DNA of 62,751 bases, counting the filler, from Chiloscyllium plagiosum (Eukaryota), in assembly GCF_004010195.1 (NCBI RefSeq). It is 4 parts of 2 records of this genome, joined end to end, with 100 filler letters (N's around TTAATTAATTAA, not from the genome) between each part and the next. Parts side by side here need not be neighbours in the genome. Positions count along the whole stretch, not along the records: positions 31,579 to 58,272 come from NC_057715.1; 3 more parts are not named here. One strand, given 5' to 3'. The position numbers and the translations under genes are program-made. Within the stretch, counting starts at the first letter, position 1; every line of letters begins with the position of its first letter. Positions 36,415-49,680 of the stretch are shown here, piece after piece. The notes below the pieces were generated by a model, which saw only the letters and a list, made by a program, of their open reading frames with translations, did not search any database and was not told where the DNA came from.

Positions 36415-36905
36415 GGAGGTCTGACTTTGGGAGCATGCAGTGAAGATTTACCAGACTTATTGATGGGATGGCAAATTGATGTATGAAAAGCAATGGATTA
36501 CTTAGAACTATATTCACTGGAATTGAGAAGAATGATGTGGTAATCTCATAGAAGCCTATAAAAGTCTAACAGGATGAGACAGGGTAAACACAGGAAGGAT
36601 TTTTCCGATGGCTGGGAAGTCCCGAACCCAAGGTTCACAGCTTAAGCATTTGGGGTAAGCCACTTAGGGCTAAGATGAGGAGAATTTATTTTTACCCAGA
36701 GTTGTAATCCTGTGGAATTCTATTCCACAGTAAGTGGTTGAGGCCAAAACATTGAATGCTTTCAAGAAGAAGTTTGATATAGCTAAAGGGGTGATCGAGT
36801 CTGCAGAGAAAGCAGACACAGGATACAGAGTTGGATAATCAGCCGTGAATAGTGGAGCGCGCTCAAAGAGCTGAATGGTCTCCTCCTGCTCCTGTTTCCT
36901 CTGTT
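36415..36905 (+). mobile_element. CR1 3' fragment, decayed
   Basis: taatctcatagaagcctataaaa...ctcctgctcctgtttcct tail. Confidence 0.8.
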
Positions 36906-36924
36906 TCACTGTCTACATGATAAG

Positions 36925-37095
36925 GCCAGACATCACACAACACCAGGTTATAGTCCAACAGGCTTATTTGAAATCACAAGCTTTCGGAGCACTGCTCCAT
37001 CATTACCTGACAAAGGGACAGCACTTCGAAAGCTTGTGATTTCAAATTAACCTGTTGAACTATAATCTGCTGTCATGTGACTTCTGACTTTGCCC
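36925..37095. mobile_element. Palindromic mini-PLE (Neptune-family pLTR arms)
   Basis: ttgaaatcacaagctttcg and cgaaagcttgtgatttcaa inverted arms centred near 37003. Confidence 0.8.
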
Positions 37096-37599
37096 ACCCC
37101 CAGCATGGAGTTGCTGGGGTTGGACAATGTGCACTGGGAGAGGATTAATTAATGACCTCATAGTGAAGGCATGCCTGAAGAACAGTGATCACAGTATGAA
37201 TGTCACATTTGGCTTCAGATAGAGAATAGTGGATCTAAAAGAGGTTTTAAGTTGAGTGTTCATAGCATGAGAAATGAATAAAATTGGGACAGGAGTAGAC
37301 CGTTCAACCCATTGATTCTGCTCCACCATGCAATCAGGTTATGGTCTTCCACCTCATTGCCACGTTCCTGTGTTTGCTCCACACGCCCCAAGGGTTCTCT
37401 CTATGATTTCTGATGTGTTACCTCACAGCATTCTCCATTTGTCACCTCAGTCTGCATTCATCCCTCCCCTACAGCGCCATGCTTGTGCTCACGAATAATG
37501 GAAGCACTCATCTCTGCTGGGCCTTTTTGGGAATCACACTGCTGATTCTGTGTTTCAATCTCAGCTGTGCACCAGGCCAAACACTGCAAGCCAGGAACT

Positions 37600-37870
37600 G
37601 ACTGACTTCCATGGTGTGTTCCTGCACAGTTTCAGATGTCATGGCTAAGAAAGTGACATTGGTACCCGCTTGGCTGACAGGGTACGCAAGGTCCTGGTGG
37701 ATGGCATGGCAGAGAGGAGGGCACTCCTCTATCTTCAATACCTTTAGAGGAGACCAAAGCACCAGACGCTGTCAACCTTGGTCTGAAGTTGCCATCCAGC
37801 TCAGTGCCATGCCCACAATCTGGAGGAAAGCACGCAGTGCAAGAAGAAGGGTAGTGACATTCTACCCTCT
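37600..37870 (+). pseudogene. Harbinger-type Myb/SANT-like ORF remnant
   Basis: Across frameshifts: LVDGMAERRALLY...WSEVAIQLSAMPTIWRK.RQCKKK, matching W.EVA......R...QC.KK of Myb/SANT-like trihelix domains. Confidence 0.6.
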
Positions 37871-38979
37871 GCCACCATAGTATGCCTATTTTTAAATTCA
37901 GATTTATAAAGAAAATGAATCATATTTTATGATCTACTATGGTGAGATTTGAGCTCAAATCCTCAGGACAGCAACCTAGGGTTCTGGATTATTACTCCAA
38001 TGACATTATGCCACCAACACCTCTGGAGTCTCTCTTTCTGCACCTGATTTGAAATGCATTCTCCCATTTTAATTCCACTTCCTTCTCAAACTTTGTGTTT
38101 CTTTTTGTGTTGCAATCTTTCTCCCTGTTTGATCAAGGAAACAGAGCGTTGCACAAAACAGTGTTCAGTACTGATTCCAGCTTTCACTCTCTGTGTTGTG
38201 TTCAATGGTTTGATTGACCTGTGTTGGATTATGTTAGTCTGGTGGCCATTTTATGTTACTGTGGTTTATTGACTGAGCCTCAGTGGACCCTAGGGCCCTA
38301 AAGTAAACAGATTCTTCCAGAAAGACTTGTGGAGCCTGAACTGTGTATATGGGTGGAAATCTGGAGATTGCTGAGATATTTTAGAGCACTGTGAACAAAT
38401 CTGTTGTGAACTTAGAATGGTGTCATATCTGCATTGCTCTGAGGTAAACCAGATGTATAAAAAATTGCAGTAAACTGGCAAAAACAGAATACTCTACAGT
38501 TTTCAGGTCAAAGTTTCAACAGATTAAGGCAGTAAAGGCAAGTCGAAGTAACACTGGGTGCTGCTTATTGCTCTATCCAAGCATATCCAGGGTCAGTGTT
38601 CTACAGCAAGATTCAATTCACTTTCCTGAAAAGAATCCAATTTACAGGCACTTGACATTTTAGAAAGTTCCAGTGTTTCAGAATTACTAATGCTTTCTCA
38701 ACCAGTAACAAGATCTCATTTGAACCATTGCGAAGTCAGTAAATTTTGTTGCCATATTGCTTTCAATCCTTTCTCATTAACTCTCTTCTCTTGCCCACTT
38801 ACTATGTTATCAGCTACTTCCCTTGTCCCAGATTTTATCTGATTGCACTCCTGTGAATCTGCTTGGGAAGTTTTACGATGCAAAAGGCAATAAGTGCATC
38901 AGAAGTGATTCTCCAATCAGTTAGAGGAAGGGCTTTATATTACAATATTTTGGCTATGTGTTAGTTTTGGCTGGTTTTC

Positions 38980-39243
38980 ATAGAATCCCCACAGTGTGGA
39001 AGCAGGCCCTTCAGCCCATCGAGTCCACACCAACCATCCAAAGAGAATCCCATCCAGACCCACCCCATCCTTGTAACCCTGCATTTACCATGGCTAATCC
39101 ACCAAGCCTGGACTGTGGAAGGAAACCCATGCAAACACAGAGGGCATGTACAAACTCCCCACAGACAGTCACCCAAGGGTGGAATCGATCCCACATCCCT
39201 AGCAAGGATGTGAGGCAATAGTGGTACCCACTGAACCACCCTG
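38980..39243 (-). mobile_element. HE1-type V-SINE
   Basis: Head ggtggttcagtgggtaccact on the minus strand; tail ttccacactgtggggattct. Confidence 0.85.
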
Positions 39244-40699
39244 TATCATTTCATGGAGTTTAACCGTGTGAGAAGCCCAGTGAGTTTTCTTGCCATATCT
39301 TACCCAAGCTCAACTCATTAGGTACCATGCTGCCTCTCTTACCTGATTCACATCCCATGCTAACACCCACCATTCCTGCAACAATTTGCCACTGCCTAAC
39401 TGACGCACACAATATTAGTACAGGCACTAAAGAGCCTGTGTCTCTAATATTCATATATGCCTGTTGAATCTTTCAAAGTCATGTTACCCATGTCCAGTTT
39501 TAAGATACAGAAGCTGGCATGTCACATCAGGTTCCAACATCCAATTGGAGGTAAAGCCAACACCATGATGGTAGGTCCTGCCCTGCTGCTAATTGGCTGT
39601 TAAGTGGCCAATTAACGAAGATATCAGGCCTCATCCCACCACTGCTGGTATTAACCCATTTGCCAGCGATAGTGGCACCACACAGTGTGTGCACAGCAGC
39701 TGCAAATCTGTGTCCACCTCTGGGATCAGTGGGATCCCTTGCTCAAAGGGACTTAGTGTCTCTTCAAGGGTCTTGACATTAGGATGGAGGGGGTCCCATG
39801 AGAGCCAACTCCTTGGTCTCGTTACCAACATGCTGTTCTCCATCACCCACATCCTCTCTGCCCCTTACCCCCCAAACCATATTGCTTCCTGGTAGCCTGG
39901 ACCACTCCACTGGTTGGGTATTTTACCTGCAGTAGGCAGCTCCTCCTTTGCTGTGCTGTTGAACATGAGAGTTGCCAGCCTCTGATTGGCCAGTTATTTC
40001 CAGTAGGCAAGGCTTCTGCTCCCCTATTTTAGTTTCCAGGTGAAGTGCTGCAGGTAGCCTGCCTCGTCACTGCTCAGTTGGTTTGTGGTCAGGTGGACCT
40101 TCCCAAAATGAGGCAGTGCAGATCTCTCCCGAGTGTTCCATCTGGCAGGAAAAAGCTGTGAAGCCTCTACAATATCCCACTCACCATCCAGAGTGTGGCT
40201 TTGCCAAAGGCTGGTACAGTTGGCCGGCAGTCAGCTCAGTTGGCCTGTTGGCTACTTTGTGATGCCAACAGCGAAGCTTCACTTCCTGCTCTGGCTGAGG
40301 TCACCACAAAGGTCCTACCTTCTCAACCAATTTCCCCCCCACCCCCCCCCCCCCCCCCCCCCAACCCTCAGGTTAAATCACCACCAGTCTAATGACAAAG
40401 TGATACTCTGGGGACTGCATTTTCTTTACAATTATTGGAATATTTCCAATGCCTTTGCAATGATTGCCAACAGACCATATGCCTGACTATTTGCTTGCTG
40501 CGCCATGGTAACCTCCTGCGTCCCTTGTATATGTTCACCCAAATCTTCCTGAATGTCAACATTAACCAAATTTTGAGAAAAGTTGCTTCTTTCTGAGCTT
40601 TGAGACATGTTAAACTCTTCACGTTGGTCAGAGTTACTCCTCTGTCATGTTTAGCATTTGACATTCCATAATGTTACGGCTAAAATTCTCTCATCAGAT

Positions 40700-40910
40700 G
40701 TCAGCATTGCTGGCTGGTCCAGTACTTTTTTGCCCTTTCCTAATTGCCCTTGAAATGGTGGTAATGAGCTGTCTTCTTGAAGTGCTGCAGTCCGTGTGGG
40801 GTCAGTACACCCATGGTGCAATCAGGGAGGGCATTCAGCAACTTGATCCAGCAACAGTGAAGAAGGAGTGACATATTTCCGTGTCAGGATGACAGGTGAC
40901 TTGAAGGCAT
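40700..40910 (-). mobile_element. LINE 3' fragment, same family as 51625-51880
   Basis: taattgcccttgaa...gagctgtcttcttgaa...tgatccagcaacagtgaagaagg. Confidence 0.6.
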
Positions 40911-41115
40911 GTATAGTTCATGGACGACAAAAAGTCAGAGAATTTGCAAAGTGTGACATCTCGAAATGTGACTGCTGCTATGAGATAGGAGCTGAATGTG
41001 ATGCTTGCAGGACTTGTGCATTAAAACCCTGAAAATAATGTCATTAATAAGGGGGGCAGCTTATTCCAATTTTGGCAAAGGTTTTATACTTCCTGTCACC
41101 CTGTGCATTGATAAA

Positions 41116-42020
41116 TAGAGTCATAGAGATGTACAGCATGGAAACAGACCCTTCGGTCCAATCCGTCCATGCCGACCAGATATCCCAACCCAATCAAGTC
41201 CCACCTGCCAGCACCCGGCCCATATCCCTCCAAACCCTTCCTATTCATATACCCATCCAAATCTCTCTTAAATGTTGCAATTGTACCAGCCTCCACCACA
41301 TCCTCTGGCAGCTTATTCCATACTCGTACCACCCTCTGCATGAAAAGGTTGCCCCTTAGGTCTCTTTTATATCTTTCCCCTCTCACCCTAAACCTATGGC
41401 CTCTAGTTCTGGACTCCCCGATCCCAGGGAGTCTATTTATCCTATCCATGCCCCTCATAATTTTGTAAACCTCTATAAGGTCACCCCTCAGCCTCCGACG
41501 CTCCAGGGAAAACAACCCAACCTATTCAAACTCTCCCTGTAGTTCAAATCCTCCAACCCTGGCAACATCCTTGTAAATCTTTTATGAACCCTTTCAAGTT
41601 TCACAACATCTTTCCGATAGGAAGGAGACCAGTATTGCACGCAATATTCCAAAAGTGGCCTGACCAATGTCCTGTACAGCCGCAACATGACCTCCCAACT
41701 CCTATACTCAATACTCTGACTAATAAAGGAAAGCATACCAAACGCCTTCTTCACTATCCTATCTACCTGCGACTCCACTTTCAAGGAGCTATGAACCTGC
41801 ATTCCAAGGTCTCTTTGTTCAGCAACACTCCCTCGGACCTTACCATTAGGTGTATAGGAGCACCGATCCTTGTGGCATTCAACTAGTCACAGGCCTCCAG
41901 TCTGAAAAACAACCCTCCACAACCATCCTCTGTCTTCTACCTTTGAGTCAGTTCTGTATCCAAATGGCTAGTTCTCCCTGTATTTTGTGAGATCTAACCT
42001 TGCTAATCATTCTCCCATGG
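41116..42020 (-). mobile_element. HER1/CR1 LINE 3' ~0.9 kb with internal deletion
   Basis: QVHSSLKVESQVDRIVKKAFGML...RPLLEYCVQYWSP...ERRRLRGDLIEVYK. Confidence 0.95.
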
Positions 42021-42279
42021 GTAGCAAGCTTCCCCAGTCAAATTTCATTCTCTTGCTTATCAGGAGGAACTAATGGCTATGTAAAAGGAGAACAGATACT
42101 TAATCTTAATTATAAAGGTAACAACATCATGGAAAAATGCATATTATACAAATACATGTATAAACTCAAAGGGATGGCCTATAGGTGAAGTATTATTAGT
42201 ACTTATTTTTGTATATATACACACACCATGCATTTATCTAATTATCTTTGTATTCTGTGACAAAGCAATGTTTCAGAAC

Positions 42280-42600
42280 TGGCACGATGGCTGAGTGGTT
42301 AGCACTGCTGTTGCACAGTGCCAGGGACCCAGGTTTTATTCCAGCATTGGATGTCTGTACCTGAAATTTGCACATTCTCCCCGGGGCTGCATCGGTTTCT
42401 GCTGGGTGCTCTCGTTTCCTTCCACAGACGAGCAGGTTTGGGAGATTGGCAATACTAAATTGCCCATAGTGTTCAGGGATGTGCAAGCTAGGTGCATTAG
42501 TCAGGATAAGTACAAGATTATGGTTGGCAATCAGGGTGGGATGCTCTGCAGGCAAGTGCAAGCATGATGGACCAAATGGCCTCTGTAGGGATTCTGTGAT
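42280..42600 (+). mobile_element. HE1-type V-SINE
   Basis: ggcacgatggctgagtggttagcactgctg head; V-domain. Confidence 0.85.
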
Positions 42601-42979
42601 TTTAATTCAGCTTGATTGCAAATACCACATGTATAAATCAGTAATGGTTGAACTCCTCAGATCATTATTTTACCTCTTGTCGACTTTCCTTTTAAAATAT
42701 ATCTCTACCGTCATCTAGTATTCTGATCCCAGCAAGTTTATCTGGAAGGAGACTTTAAATGTCCATCTGTCTATGGTAGCTAAATAATCAAAATTGGGGT
42801 TGTCAGTAATTCAACTCAAGAGTCTTTCTCTGAATTTAAGTTTATTGATGTGAAAGCCTCTGTCATTTTTCAAAATATCAGGAAAGGTTGTTCCTTGAAC
42901 AGGTAACAGAATTTGGAAGTCAAGCAAATCACACTCTTGTTGCCTGGCATCTCCTTCTCTTACCTGGTCAGTAGAATTG

Positions 42980-43067
42980 AAAAGCGTGGTGCTGGAAAAG
43001 CTTGGCAGGTCAGCCAGCAACCGAGAAGCTGGAGAGTCAACGTTTCAGGCATAAGCCCTTCTTGAGG
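42980..43067 (-). mobile_element. Mini PLE insertion with decayed hammerhead
   Basis: gtcaacgtttcaggcataagcccttctt; flanked by agaattg on both sides. Confidence 0.7.
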
Positions 43068-43524
43068 AGAATTGCTTAGAATCAGCAAATTGAATTGTGG
43101 TCTAGCTGGTTCTCACTGAGAAGGTGAAATTAAAATCATCCTTTCAAAAATGGATGAATCAAAAATCTGTTGGTAAACATAAATCATATCAGGAACATGT
43201 CTGTGCTGAGTCTCCTTTCAGCCCGGAGGCAGGTAAACAAGGTCAGCTAGTTAACCCACCAGCATCCCAATCACCCCTGAGCTCAACTACATAGTACCGA
43301 AACCTGCAGCCCACTCCATCATTTATAAATAACTAACTAAGGGCCAAAACCTTTACCCTGATGATATCCTGTCCTTTCCAAATTACAGCTGGGAGTGGGC
43401 ATGCCATTTTTAAAGACTTACATGGGGCAAGGGCAAGAAAAAAGTTAGGAGAGGCACCTCAAAGGATGTGCTGCATGAATTGAGGACAGCCAGCTCCCCC
43501 CCACCACCACATCCTCTCATAAGG

Positions 43525-43735
43525 TGCCACCTCACTCTTGGATGAATGCCTGTGTGCACTTTGCCCATTCTCCCCGTGACCTCGTGGGTTTCCTCCCACA
43601 GTCGAAAGATGGGCAGGTTAGGTAGATTGGCCATGGGCAATGCAGGATTGCCAGGTGAGTCTGGGTAGGATGCTGTTTGGTCAATGTGGACTTGGTGGGC
43701 TAAATGGCCTACTTCCACAATGCAGGGATTCTATG
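43525..43735 (+). mobile_element. HE1 SINE fragment
   Basis: cattctccccgtg...gggtttcctcccacagtc V-domain. Confidence 0.8.
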
Positions 43736-44637
43736 AGTCATAGACTCACACAGCGTGGAAACAGACTCTTCAGTCCAATTCATCCACACTGACCAGATCT
43801 CCCACAAACTAGTCTCATCTGCTTGTGTTGGCCCATATCCCACCAAACCATTCCTCTTCATGTACCTGTTTAAATGTTGTAACTGTATGTGCATTGACCA
43901 CTTCTTCTGGCAGTTCATTCCACATATGAACCACTCTCTGTGTGAAAAGGTTGCCCCTCGGGTCACTTTTAAATCTTTCCCCCCTCACCTTAAGTCTAGG
44001 TCCTCGGATGCTGCCTGAACTGCTGTGCTTTTCCATCACCATTCTAATCTAGACTCTGGTTTCCAGCATGTGCAGTCATTGTTTTTACCCCCTCACCTTA
44101 AACCTACAATCACTAGTTTTGGCCTTTGGTCCTACACCTTATCTATGCCCCTCATGATTTTATAGAATCCCTACAGGCTTTTTGGCCCAACAAGCCCACA
44201 CCAATCCTCTGAAGAGTGACTCACCCAGACCTATTTCCCTACCCTATTATCCTACATTAACCCCTGACTAATGCACCTAACCTAATGTTATAAACCTCTA
44301 TAAGGTCACCCCTCCGCCTCCTACACTCCAGGGAAAAATGTCCCAGCATCTCCTTATAACTCAAACCCTTCAGTCCTGGTAACAACCTTCTAAATCTTTT
44401 CTGCTCCCTTTTCAATTTAATAATATCCTTCCTATAACAGGGTGACCAGAATTATGCGCAGTATACCAAAAGTGGCCTCACCAACCTCGTGTACAACTTT
44501 AACATGACATACTAACTCCTGTACTTAGTGCTCTGACCTATGAAGGCAAGCGCTATTTTCACCACCCACAACTCCACTTTCAAAGAACTATGTACCTGAA
44601 CTCGTGTGTCTTTCTGTTCGACAATACTTCCTAGGGC
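43736..44637 (-). mobile_element. CR1 LINE 3' end with nested PLE (43994-44087) and HE1 fragment (44164-44286)
   Basis: KVRGERFKSDPRGNLFTQRVVHMWNELP; PLE has 14-bp TSD ccccctcaccttaa (43980-43993, 44088-44101). Confidence 0.88.
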
Positions 44638-45313
44638 TTGTCTGGCAGAACTTACACCACCATCCCCCTGCCACATCCCCCAAAAAACACTTTTCTCCCT
44701 GTCTATGAACTCTGGACTCACATTTCTGTTCAAGTCTCTTCCTGCAGTCCTAGCAGCACCTACTACAGGGCTTTGTGGCAGTTTTACGCAATCCAGTGCA
44801 CAGTCTACTAGTGTCATCACAGGTTAAGGTGATAGAGTCGTACAGCATGGAAATAGACCCTTCAGTCCAACTCTCATCCTTCAACCCCTTTGCACCAGTT
44901 TTAGGAAAGCTGTGAATGGTGCAAAGCAAACCTTTGAACATGTGATTTTAAAGTATACTAAGCCCAGATAATATAGTTTTTGCATTTTTCTCATATAACC
45001 ATTGGTTTTTTACAACACAAAGATAGCCATTTGGTACATCCTCAATACTTTCGACAGTTTCATGGCTAACTTCTACTGCCATAGCCTTGCAAATATTTCA
45101 TCCTTAGATTATTAATGGATGGAATATATTACTTAGATACTGTCCTGCAGAATCTGCATGCATCTGTAAGCCTCCATGTGTGGAACACACACACTCACTT
45201 GTTTAACTGAACTGAGAGCATCGTGAGTGGGGCAGTCATGTTCCCAGTAGGTATTATTACTGGTAAAGCCCGATCACAATTAGGAACCTGGCTTGATTGA
45301 TCATATTTTTATT

Positions 45314-47337
45314 TGTTACAGTCTTTTGCTGAAACGTAAGTAGACAGGGCTGCAGATCTTGTTTTAACAACAAAATAGAACTTTATTACAAAAGGAACTT
45401 AGATAAAACAGAATAATGCAAAAAGTCTATTTAAGACCATAAGACCATAAGACATAGGAGTGGAAGTAAGGCCATTCGGCCCATCGAGTCCACTCCGCCA
45501 TTTAATCATGGCTGATGGGCATTTCAACTCCACTTACCCGCATTCTCCCCATAGCCCTTAATTCCTTGTGACATCAAGAATTTATCAATCTCTGCCTTGA
45601 AGACATTTACCCTCCCGGCCTCCACTGCACTCCACGGCAATGAATTCCATAAGCCCCCACTCTTTGGCTGAAGAAATGTCTCTGCATTTCTGTTCTGAAT
45701 TGACCCCCTCTAATTTTAAGGCTGTGCCCACGGGTCCTAGTCTCCTCGCCTAACGGAAACAATTTCTTAGCGTCCACCCTTTCCAAGCCATGTCTTATCT
45801 TCTAAGTTTCTATTAGATCTCCCCTTAACCTTCTAAATTCCAATGAATACAATCCCAAGATCCTCAGCCGTTCCTCGTATGTTAGACCTACCATTCCAGG
45901 GATCATCCGTGTGAATCTCTGCTGGACACGCTCCAGTGCCAGTATGTCCCTCCTGAGGTGTGGGGCCCAAAACTGGACACAGTACTCCAAATGGGGCCTA
46001 ACCAGAGCTTTATAAAGTCTCAGTAGCACATCGCTGCTTTTATATTCCAACCCTCTTGAGATAAATGACAACATTGCATTCGCTTTCTTAATCATGGATT
46101 CAACCTGCATGTTTACCTTTAGAGAATCATCGACTAGCACTCCCAGATCCCTTTGTACTTTGGCTTTATGAATTTTCTCACCGTTTAGAAAGTAGTCCAT
46201 GCTTGTATTCTTTTTTCCAAAATGCAAGACCTCACATTTGCTCACATTGAACTTCATCAGCCATTTCCTGGACCACTCTCCCAAACTATCTAGATCCTTC
46301 TGCAGCCTCCCCACTTCCTCAGTACTACCTGCCTATCCACCTAACTTTGTATCATCGGCAAACTTCACTAGAATGCCCCCAGTCCCTTCATCCAGATCAT
46401 TAATATATAACGTGAACAGCTGCGGCCCCAACACTGAACCCTACGGGACACCGCTTGTCAGCGGCTGCCATTCCGAAAAAGAACCTCTTATCCCAACTCT
46501 CTGCCTTCTGTAATACAGCCAATCCTCAATCCATGCCAGTTGCTCACCTTGAACACCATTTGTAATACAAATTCAAAAATTTAAGCATACAATAAAAGTA
46601 TAATCCCATTAATCCCAAAATGCTGTTTCATACACTAAAAAGAAACAAAAAATAAATTATATAATATCCAAAATACCTGTTCTTGAATAATTGACAAAAC
46701 ACCATTAAAATTGTACCTAGATCAGAATCCCTGTATCTAACACCTTAGTAGTTTAAATCTTTGTGAATTCAGCTTTTAAAATCTGAAACTGCACCATCTT
46801 CTTGTTGCTGCCACATACCTGGGCTTCACTTTACTCTGCGCTAGGTAAGCTTTTACAGCATTTTATCCCAATGCTTCTGGTCTGGGGATAATACTAATTT
46901 TTCATTCCAAAGTAATCTGCTTCACTATATCATTCTCTTCTCAAGTATACTGCTCTATACAACTGTCGTGTTCCAACATATTAACATAACTAACATTGCC
47001 AAGAGTTAAAAGTGAAACTAAAGGCTGTCTGTAATGGGCATTTTCCATACGGTCAACAAAAAAAAAATTTCAAGAACTCTCTTAATAACATTTGAAGCAT
47101 CCTTATTTACCAAGCTGAGTTGCAAACCTAAAATAATTGTAAGTTCATTAGTGCTCAAACCCATTCAACAGCCAGGCTTCAACAACTGTTCTTTAAACAA
47201 AATCACTCTAATTATAGAAATACTTAAAAGTTAGCTATTAACTTCAGACACACAGAAAAGCCCCATGAGTTATTGACTGACAACCAGAGATTATGCTCAG
47301 GGCAACGAACATTAAAAATTATACATACAAATCCCAC
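45314..47337 (-). mobile_element. Possible solo LTR split by the CR1 at 45433-46557
   Basis: TG start, CA end, reversed AATAAA near 45381; no clean TSD found. Confidence 0.3.
45433..46557 (-). mobile_element. Young CR1 LINE, 5'-truncated within RT
   Basis: [20 protein letters not shown]...[10 protein letters not shown] and a 170-aa ORF (45802-46314); (cttatggt)n tail. Confidence 0.95.
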
Positions 47338-47932
47338 AGTTTACATTATAGGGCTAGTACTGTCAGTCTGCACTATTCTCAGGCTAGTTACCTTCAAGAT
47401 AATTGAGTTATGAGTAGCAGAGATGTTCGCTGGCTCTGTCAAATCGAATTAATTAGAAGAAATGCTGAATCAGAATGAAAAGAAAATGAATCAATGCTTA
47501 ATTAGTTAAATCTTGTTGACTTTGCACAAAATGGATGCCCTTTAATACAGAGCATGTGTTGGGCATCAGATGTATTACTAGAAGAATGAGGCTCAGCTTG
47601 AGTAATATTGGATCTTTGATCAGTACATACCTATCAGCCTCTGAATCCTCTTTCCATGGGATGTTACTTCACAGCAGCGGTGGGCTGAAAGGCAAGCCCA
47701 TGTGCGTAATTCCAGGAAAACATTCCCTCTCAGATTTGCAGTAATGGCCAAATTTAGGACGAAAGCAGAAATTGCTGGAGAAACTCAGCAGTTCAGACAG
47801 CTTCTATGGAAAGACAGCAGATTTAAAGTTTTGAGTCCAGTCATCCTTCTTCAGCATCTTCCTTGTTCTGAAGAAGGGTCAATGGACTCAAAACATTAAC
47901 TCTCTTCTCTCTCCACAGATACTACCAGTCCT

Positions 47933-48488
47933 ATAGAACATAGAACATAGAAGAATACAGCGCAGTACAGGCCCTTCGGCCCTCGATGTTGCGCCGATCC
48001 AAGCCCACCTAACCTACACTAGCCCACTATCCTCCATATGCCTATCCAATGCCCACTTAAATGCCCATAATGAGGGAGAGTCCACCACTGCTACTGGCAG
48101 GGCATTCCATGAACTCACAACTCGCTGAGTAAAGAACCTACCCCAACATCTGTCCTGTACCTACCACCCCTTAATTTAAAGCTATGCCCCCTCATAATAG
48201 CTGACTCCATACGAGGAAAAAGATTCTCACTGTCGACCCTATCTAAACCCCTAATCATCTTATACACCTCTATCAAGTCACCCCTAAACCTTCTTTTCTC
48301 CAATGAAAACAACCCCAAGTGCCTCACCCTTTCCTCATACGATCTTTCTACCATACCAAGCAACATCCTGGTAAACCTCCTCTGCACCCGTTCCAGTGCC
48401 TCCACATCCTTCCTATAGTATGGCAACCAAAACTGCACACAATACTCCAGATGCAGCCGCACCAGAGTCTTATACAACTGCAACATGA
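47933..48488 (-). mobile_element. CR1 LINE 3' end, same subfamily as 11440-11993
   Basis: LYKTLVRLHLEYCVQFWLPYYRKDVEALERVQRR; (tagaaca)n tail. Confidence 0.93.
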
Positions 48489-48504
48489 AATACAACTGCA
48501 ACAT

Positions 48505-48770
48505 GTTCTCTGATATGTAAATCCCAGGACTACTTTTAAATTACATTCTCAAGAAAGGTCTAACTTTTCTAACAATAGGTGCCATCTCATCTCAGCTCAG
48601 GCAATGCATTAAGCTGTGAGGTCTGTTTGTGTCCCAATGTTGAATTAGACTGGTTCTATTTCTAAAGTGGGATTTACAGAGTTTTACATGGATTCATGCA
48701 GTTTTTGAGCAAAATAAAATATAATTCTACAAAAACGTTTTCACCCTACAAACGTGTATGTGAGCACGTA
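48505..48770 (-). mobile_element. Neptune-type PLE 3' UTR fragment
   Basis: Homologous to 32520-32760 (atggattca.gcagtttttgagcaaaataaaat). Confidence 0.75.
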
Positions 48771-49471
48771 TAGGAGAGACATCCAAACCTCCAAGTCACC
48801 CTCAATGCCATACCTCCGTATTTTTTGCAGTAGTCTACCATGGGGTAGACTCCTGCTGAGTTTCTCCAACGATTTCTGTTATTGTCACAGTTTTTTGTTT
48901 GTTCTGGTGCTCAAATTTAAGGTCCTCTTTATGTTTTTGTTGCATTATGTTTTTGTTCTCAGATGATATGTGGCATTGTAATAATTATTTAGCACCTCAA
49001 AACCCAGGTAGCATAATCATATGTGATTCTGTTATATTACAGCTTAGAACCAACACCGAAGATCATATGGTGGTGATATGGTAGATTGCTAATTTACCAC
49101 GTACACTATTTCATCATTTTTTAAAGCTGTTATTTGCAGAAATTTAGAATGAATGGGGAAATGCATTTAATTCATACAAGCAAGTAAATAACGTTATCTG
49201 ATTTGACACTTAAGGTTGAATGTTCCTTGGAACTGAAACACAACGTGTTGAGTTACTCCAATTTTCTGCGATAAAAAACAAGGAAAGTCAAGTGTGAGTG
49301 GTGTCCAATACAGCATCATAATTAGTCATATTGAAAGTTAGAAAGGTTTCTTATTTGCATTTTTCTCAAAAAGCACACACAAGATTCTCATGGTGTAAAT
49401 GGTTTTATATATTATGTACATTTTTTTATTTGAAGGGTTTTCACAAAGAAACATGTGTCACTTTCCTCAGA

Positions 49472-49680
49472 AAACAACAAATGCTGGAGATCGCAGCAGG
49501 TCAAGCAGTATCCATGGTGACAAAGCAAGCTAACATTTCGAGTCTAAATAACTTCTCAGCTCTGATGAAGAGTCATCGCGACTCAAAGTGTTAGCTTACT
49601 CTCTCTCCATGGATACTGCCTGGTGCGCTGTGATTTCCTGTATTTTTTGTTTCCAGCATCTGCAGTAATTCACTCCCTCG
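49472..49680. mobile_element. Palindromic mini-PLE with degenerate hammerhead
   Basis: TSD ctttcctcaga (49461-49471, 49681-49691); CUGAUGA-A-GAGUC(aucgc)GACUC at 49562. Confidence 0.8.

Larger units (their letters stand above)
47759..48910. mobile_element. Palindromic mini-PLE split by later inserts
   Basis: Inverted hammerhead cores tcttcag...ctgaaga 13 nt apart (~47850-47875); right arm resumes at ~48848; caaattta on both flanks. Confidence 0.7.

Noticed and set aside
39430..40170. Possible non-autonomous Harbinger-derived element
   Set aside because: Composition is suggestive but I could not resolve TIRs, a TSD or coding motifs
45802..46314. 170-aa ORF as a host gene
   Set aside because: CR1 ORF2 fragment with upstream stops in the RT; not a domesticated gene
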